Below are positions 59,301 through 64,000 of a DNA stretch of 64,000 nucleotides, in pieces (position 1 is the first letter of the stretch; each line of letters opens with the position of its first letter). The stretch comes from Cyanophora paradoxa CCMP329 (lineage: Eukaryota; Plantae; Glaucophyta). The notes under the pieces were generated by a model. That model searched no databases, was not told the DNA's origin, and saw only the letters and a program-made list of their open reading frames with translations. Location of the stretch: contig QPMI01000085.1 in NCBI GenBank assembly GCA_004431415.1, forward strand, positions 62,001 through 126,000. Reading direction: 5' to 3'. The translations under genes and the position numbers were made by a program.

Positions 59301-62300
59301 GTCCCAGCAGATCTGGTATTCACTGTGCACCCTTGCCCAGCGCACGCTGCTTCGTCGAAGTGTTCGATCGAGCCTGCTCTCGTTTCGCGCGAGGGGACGA
59401 TCGACCTGCGTGTCACTGCCATCGACCGGTGCCCTTGCCTGCTGAGCTGTGCACCTTCCTTTGCCAACCCAGGGCTGACGCGATGGGCAGTTACGGAAAT
59501 GAAAGGCGCCAAGGAGGCGACGCCGTTGCGTTGCTTTTCGAACCCTCCGATGGCCTTTCGTCATCTGTCGTCGACAACTCGGACGGCTCGTATTCGATTA
59601 CCGTCACGGGCATGCGGGGGAGTGTTGATCTCTCCGTCTTCATCAACGACGAGCTGGTTGGGGGCGGCCCGCTGCAGCTCGACGGCGGGTCAGGCCTCGT
59701 GGCGTGGGCAGCGGCGGAGCTTCAGAGCGACTCCGAGCGCATCCCCGCCGGATCGGAGGCCCACGGCCGCCTGCTCTGCTTTGACGCCGTGAGCACTCCC
59801 ACCATCCTTCCTTCTCCCCAACGACCCAACAACCTTACCGCTTCTTTTTCGCACAGTACGGCGCCGCAATCTCGTACAGCGATCGTGTTCAAGTCGAGTG
59901 CCAACCCGAATGCCCCGTCTCCATCTCAGCGCACGGCGAATTCTCCTTCCGCCCGACTCGCGCCTGCCGCCACACCCTCCGTGCCCTCCTCGACGGAAAA
60001 CCGACGGCAGGGCCGACGGCGAGCGTGGAGGTCACGCCCGCTTCTGGAACTCCCTCGCTCTCCGCAATGCGCATTCGGCCCGCGGGCAAGGGGCGCGTAG
60101 AGGCTGGGACCTGCTGCTCCATTCTCGTCATTTCGACTGACCGGTTCGGCAACGCGCTCACCGCCGGCGGGCTTCGCCTCGGCGTCCGCGCCTCCCGGCC
60201 GGGGGCCGCCGATGCCGTGGAGTTCGACATCGCGGACATGCAGGACGGCCGGTACCGCCCCCGCGCCGCCGCGCCGCATACGCTGTCCCCGACGCGCCCC
60301 CCTCAGGTACGAGGCCACCGCGCGCCTCGAGGCCTCCGGCACGTACGGCGTCCTCTGCGAGCTGGAGGGGGCTGCCACGGCCGCCAACCTCTCCCTCGAC
60401 GTCATCGCGGGCTCCGTCGCGCGTTGCGAGTTCGCCGAAGGCGGCTCCCCTCGCGCCCGCGTCCGGGCCGGGGAGCCAGTGGAGGTCGCCCTCGTGGGCT
60501 ACGACCGGCATGGCAACGCCTGCCGGGGATTCGCCGGCCAGCTCGCCGTCAGCCTCGGCGGCCACCCGCTCGCCCCCGCAGCCGACCGCGGCGACGGCGC
60601 CGTCGCGCGCTTCGCGCTGGAGGCGGTCCCCACGGCGGGCCGCGCGCAGCTCCTCGTCGCCACCCGCCTGCAGCCCGACGCTCCGCTGCTGGAGATGCCC
60701 GTCGAAGTCGTCGCCGGCACGCCCTGCGCGCCGGCCTCCCGCCTCTCGCCCGCCGGGCCCCTCGCCGTCCAGGCGGGGCTCCCCGCCCTCGCCCGCCTCG
60801 CCCTCCGCGACCGCTTCGGGAACGCGTGCGATCCGTCCGGCGTGGAGGCGGTCGTGCGCGCCGTGGACGCCGCAGGCGAGGAGGTGCCCGTGCAGCTGGA
60901 GGCCGGCACCGGCCTCCTCCGGGCCGTCTTCGAGCGCGCGGGCCGCGGCGCCATCTCTGCGACGCTCGGGGGCGAGGCGGTCGGCGCGCCCGTCGAGCTC
61001 GACGTGCTCCCGGGGCCCGCCTCGGCCGCCAGCAGCCGCGTCGAGAGCCTGCCCGTCGAGTGGCGCGCCGGCCGCCCCGCCTCCTTCCGGCTCCTCGTCT
61101 CCGACCGCTTCGGCAACTCCTCCCCGACGGTGGCCTCGGCGGCCGTCGTCGCCGCCTGGGTCGAGTGCGGCGCGCCGTCGGGCCGCGTCGAGGCGCACGC
61201 TCTGCTCGACGGCTGCTCCCACGTGCTCACCGCCGACGTCAAGCGCGCCGGGGCCGCCCGCCTCCACGTCACCCTGGGGGGCGAGCCCGTGAGCGGCAGC
61301 CCGTTCCCGCTCCTCGTGCAGCCGGGGGGCGCCAGCTCCGTGCTGGCGCGGGTGCCGCCGCGCGTGCTCGCCGGGGCGCCGCTGCGGCTGGAGCTGCGGC
61401 CCGTCGACGAGCACATGAACGCGGCGTCGGAGGAGCTCCTCTTCTCCCTCGCCCCCGGCGCCGGCGGGCCCGTCGTCCCCGTGCCCCGCGAGGGCCCCTG
61501 CCGCCTCGTCGAGGCCGGGCGCTACCGGCTGCGGGCCCGTCGGGCGGACGGCAGCGAGGTCCCCGCGCAGGGCGCCCTCGAGTGCGAGGTCTGCGCCGGG
61601 CCTCCGGCCCTCGAGCGGGCGACGCTCACCGGCCTCCCCGCGAGCCTCTCTGCCGGCGAGGCCGCCCCCGTGGCCGCGCGCCTTTTCGACGCTCACGGCA
61701 ACGCGTGCACGGAGCTCGCCGCGGTCGCCGTCGCTGTGTCGGGGCCCAGCGGCCGGACAACCGTCGCGCTGCGGCCCGCCTCGGAGCAGGGCGCCTACGA
61801 GGGGTCGCTGGAGCTGACCGCGGCGGGGAGCTACACCGCCACCCTGACTGTCGGCGGAGCAGCCGCCTCGGCGCGGCCCCATGCCTTCCGAGTGCTCCCC
61901 GGGCCGCTTGCCGAAGTGCGGGCGACGCTGCCCGCGGCGGGGACGGCCGGGGAGCCCCTGCGCGCCGTCCTCGAGGCGCTGGACGCCCACGGCAACGCGC
62001 GGCCCGCCAGCGCCGACGCCGCCGACATCGCCGCCGCCCTCGAGCCGCAGGCCGGCGAGCCCTGCGCCGCCGCCCCGCTCGAGCCCGCCGACGGCCGCCG
62101 GGCGTGTACCTCGCCACTTTCCTCCCCACCGTCTCCTGCCCGCACCGCCTGGCCGTCCGCCGCTCCGACGGGGCGCCCCTCCTGCCCGGCGGCCCCCTCG
62201 CGGCCGCCCTCGCCGCGCGCGTGGCCCCGGGGGCGCCCTGCGGGCCCGCCTCCTCCCTCCGCGTGCTGCAGCCGGTGCCAGCGGCGGCCGGCGAGCTCCT

Positions 62301-64000
62301 CACCGCCGTCGTCTCGCTGAAGGACCGCTGCGGCAACGCCGTCGCGGCCGCCTCGGGCGCCTCCGCGGGCCTCCGCGCCTGGGCCCGCTGCGGCGGGCTG
62401 CGCGAGCCCCTCGCCCTCCGCCTCCGGCCCGACGGCTCCTTCGTGTCCGCACGCCCCCGCCGCCCTCGCTCGCGCCTGACCCCCGCGGCGGCAGGGCCTC
62501 GCTCGCCCTGCGGAAGGCGGGCCCGTGGGACGTGTGCGCCGAGCTGCCGGACGGCCCCGTCGGGAAGCCGGCGCGGCTGGAGGTCGCGGCCGGCCCTGCC
62601 CACGCCGCCCGCTCGAGCCTCGCCCTCCCCGCCGGCCCCGTCGCCGCTGGGACCCCCGTCCACGCCGTCCTCCGCCCCCGCGACGAGGTCCGCCCCGCCT
62701 CTGAGCCCCTCAACGCGCCGCCGCCCGCCCGACGAGCGCGCCGCAGTTCGGGAACGAGGGGGCGCGCCTGGCGTGCGCTGCGGCCACGCTCGAGGTGGCG
62801 GGGTGCGCCCCGGTGGCGCTCCCGTGGGGCCCCTGGAGGGGGGCGAGGCCCGCGTGGGGCCCGTCTCCTGCCTCGCGGCCGGCGAGTGCTCGCTCGTCGT
62901 CCGCCTGGGCCCGGCCCGCGCGACACCCTCCGCGCCGCCTGCTCGTCTCCCCCGGCGCCCCCGCGGCGGCCGCCGTCGAGCTGCGCGCCCTCGAGGCCGC
63001 CGCCTGCGCCCACGTCCCCTTCCGCGTCGCCCTCTTCGACGCGGTGCGTGCCTCCCCGCCCGCCCGCCGCAGCAGCTGACCCGCCGCAGTGCGGCAACGC
63101 CGTTGGCGTGCCCGCCGGCGCCAGGGTGGCGGTCGCGTGGCACGCGCTGGGCTCCGCGGCGGCTGGGACGGCGCTCGAAGCGGGTGTCGGGTCTGACGGC
63201 GCCGGCTCCTTCTCGCCCGCCCTCGCGGCCGTCTACAGCCCGCGCGTCTCCCTCGACGGGGCGCCCCTCGCCACCCGCGCGCCCCTCCTCCGCGTCCGGC
63301 CCGGACGCCCCCACGGCCCGAACTGCACCGTGCAACTGGCCGGCGGCGCGTCGCAGCTGACGGCCGGTGCCGCGGCGACGGCGCTCATCACCTGCTTCGA
63401 CGCGGCGGGCAACCGCGTCTCCTGCGGCGGCGACGACGTGGCGGTGCTCCTGCGCGCGCCCGCCGTCGGCGACATCGCTGCGCGGACGACAGACCACGGG
63501 GACGGGACGTACACGGCTTCGGGGCCCCTCACGGCGGCCGGAGAGTACGCCCTCCTTGCCTCCGTCGCTGGCGTGCCCTGCGGCCAGGAGCCGCCCCGCC
63601 TGCACGTCGCCCCGGGGCCCGCCGTCGGCCGCCACTCGCTCCTCTCCGCGCCCGGCGAGGCGGCGGCGGGCGCCGAGGCCCGCCTCGAGCTCGTCTGCCG
63701 CGACCAGTTCCTCTCCCGCTGCACCACCGGCGGCGACCGTGCGTCGCCCCCGCCCCGCCCCCCGGCCGCCGCGTGATGGCGCTTCGCGCAGGGGTCCTCG
63801 TGGAGGTGGACCCGCCGTGTCCCACGCGCCTCCTCGACCGCGCCGACGGTGCGGCCGGCGCCGCCCTCCGCCCTGCCCCGCCTGAGCGTGTGCGCACAGG
63901 CACGTACGAGATCCGCCTCGTGCCGGCGAAGGCGGGGCGACGACCGTGCGGGCCGTCGTCAACGGCAGCGCGGCGCCCGAGGCGGCGCTCGCCGTGCGGG
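53319..64000 (+). CDS. Very large filamin/ABP280 (Ig-like) repeat protein, runs off the window end
   Basis: The repeat pattern AG...F.(I/V)..RD..GN...GG...D..DG.Y...Y.P..G.Y.L.V...G..I.GSPF recurs for >10 kb, e.g. FRVQARDAAGN, PISGSPF, HISGSPL, LRDEFGN, LHDRYGN, DKFGN, DRFGN, DHGDGTY. Confidence 0.92.
58127..58320. repeat. ~190-nt C-rich polypyrimidine tract in an enlarged intron of the filamin gene
   Basis: Almost entirely C/T with a run of >20 C, between the donor at ~58105 and the acceptor at ~58385. Confidence 0.8.

Noticed and set aside
60025-63360. 1111-aa Arg/Pro/Ala/Gly-rich ORF and overlapping 610-778 aa antisense ORFs
   Set aside because: Shadow frames of extremely GC-rich filamin exons. 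The true frame (e.g. 60212-62320) carries the filamin motifs.

Overview
This is a GC-rich, intron-dense eukaryotic (algal/protist) nuclear region. Introns are mostly 45-70 nt, with GTGCGC/GTGAGT donors, frequent GC donors, CTGAC branch points and YAG acceptors, so most ORF-track entries are exon fragments or shadow ORFs. The style resembles glaucophyte-type genomes such as Cyanophora, but that is an unverified inference. In order, the window holds: a Ulp1/SENP SUMO protease; a 5'-truncated, intron-containing Fanzor/TnpB remnant with a candidate omega-RNA and two tandem-repeat arrays; a ~22-kb giant polycystin-1-like gene (degenerate GT4+GT2 glycosyltransferase, Ig/cadherin-like, FBA lectin, filamin, REJ, GPS, 5 TM, IQ motifs); a carbonyl reductase; Vta1; DAD1/OST2; a LOG-family protein; a hypothetical gene; a PPR protein; a 3.08-kb non-autonomous LTR element with identical 349-bp LTRs and a CTAG target-site duplication; mitochondrial uL4; a GNAT; SAP30BP/HCNGP; DUF1338 (HglS-like); an ABHD4/5-like hydrolase; a second hypothetical gene; and a very large filamin-repeat gene running off the right edge. 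CDS coordinates are gene spans including introns, and exon joins were reconstructed by eye.
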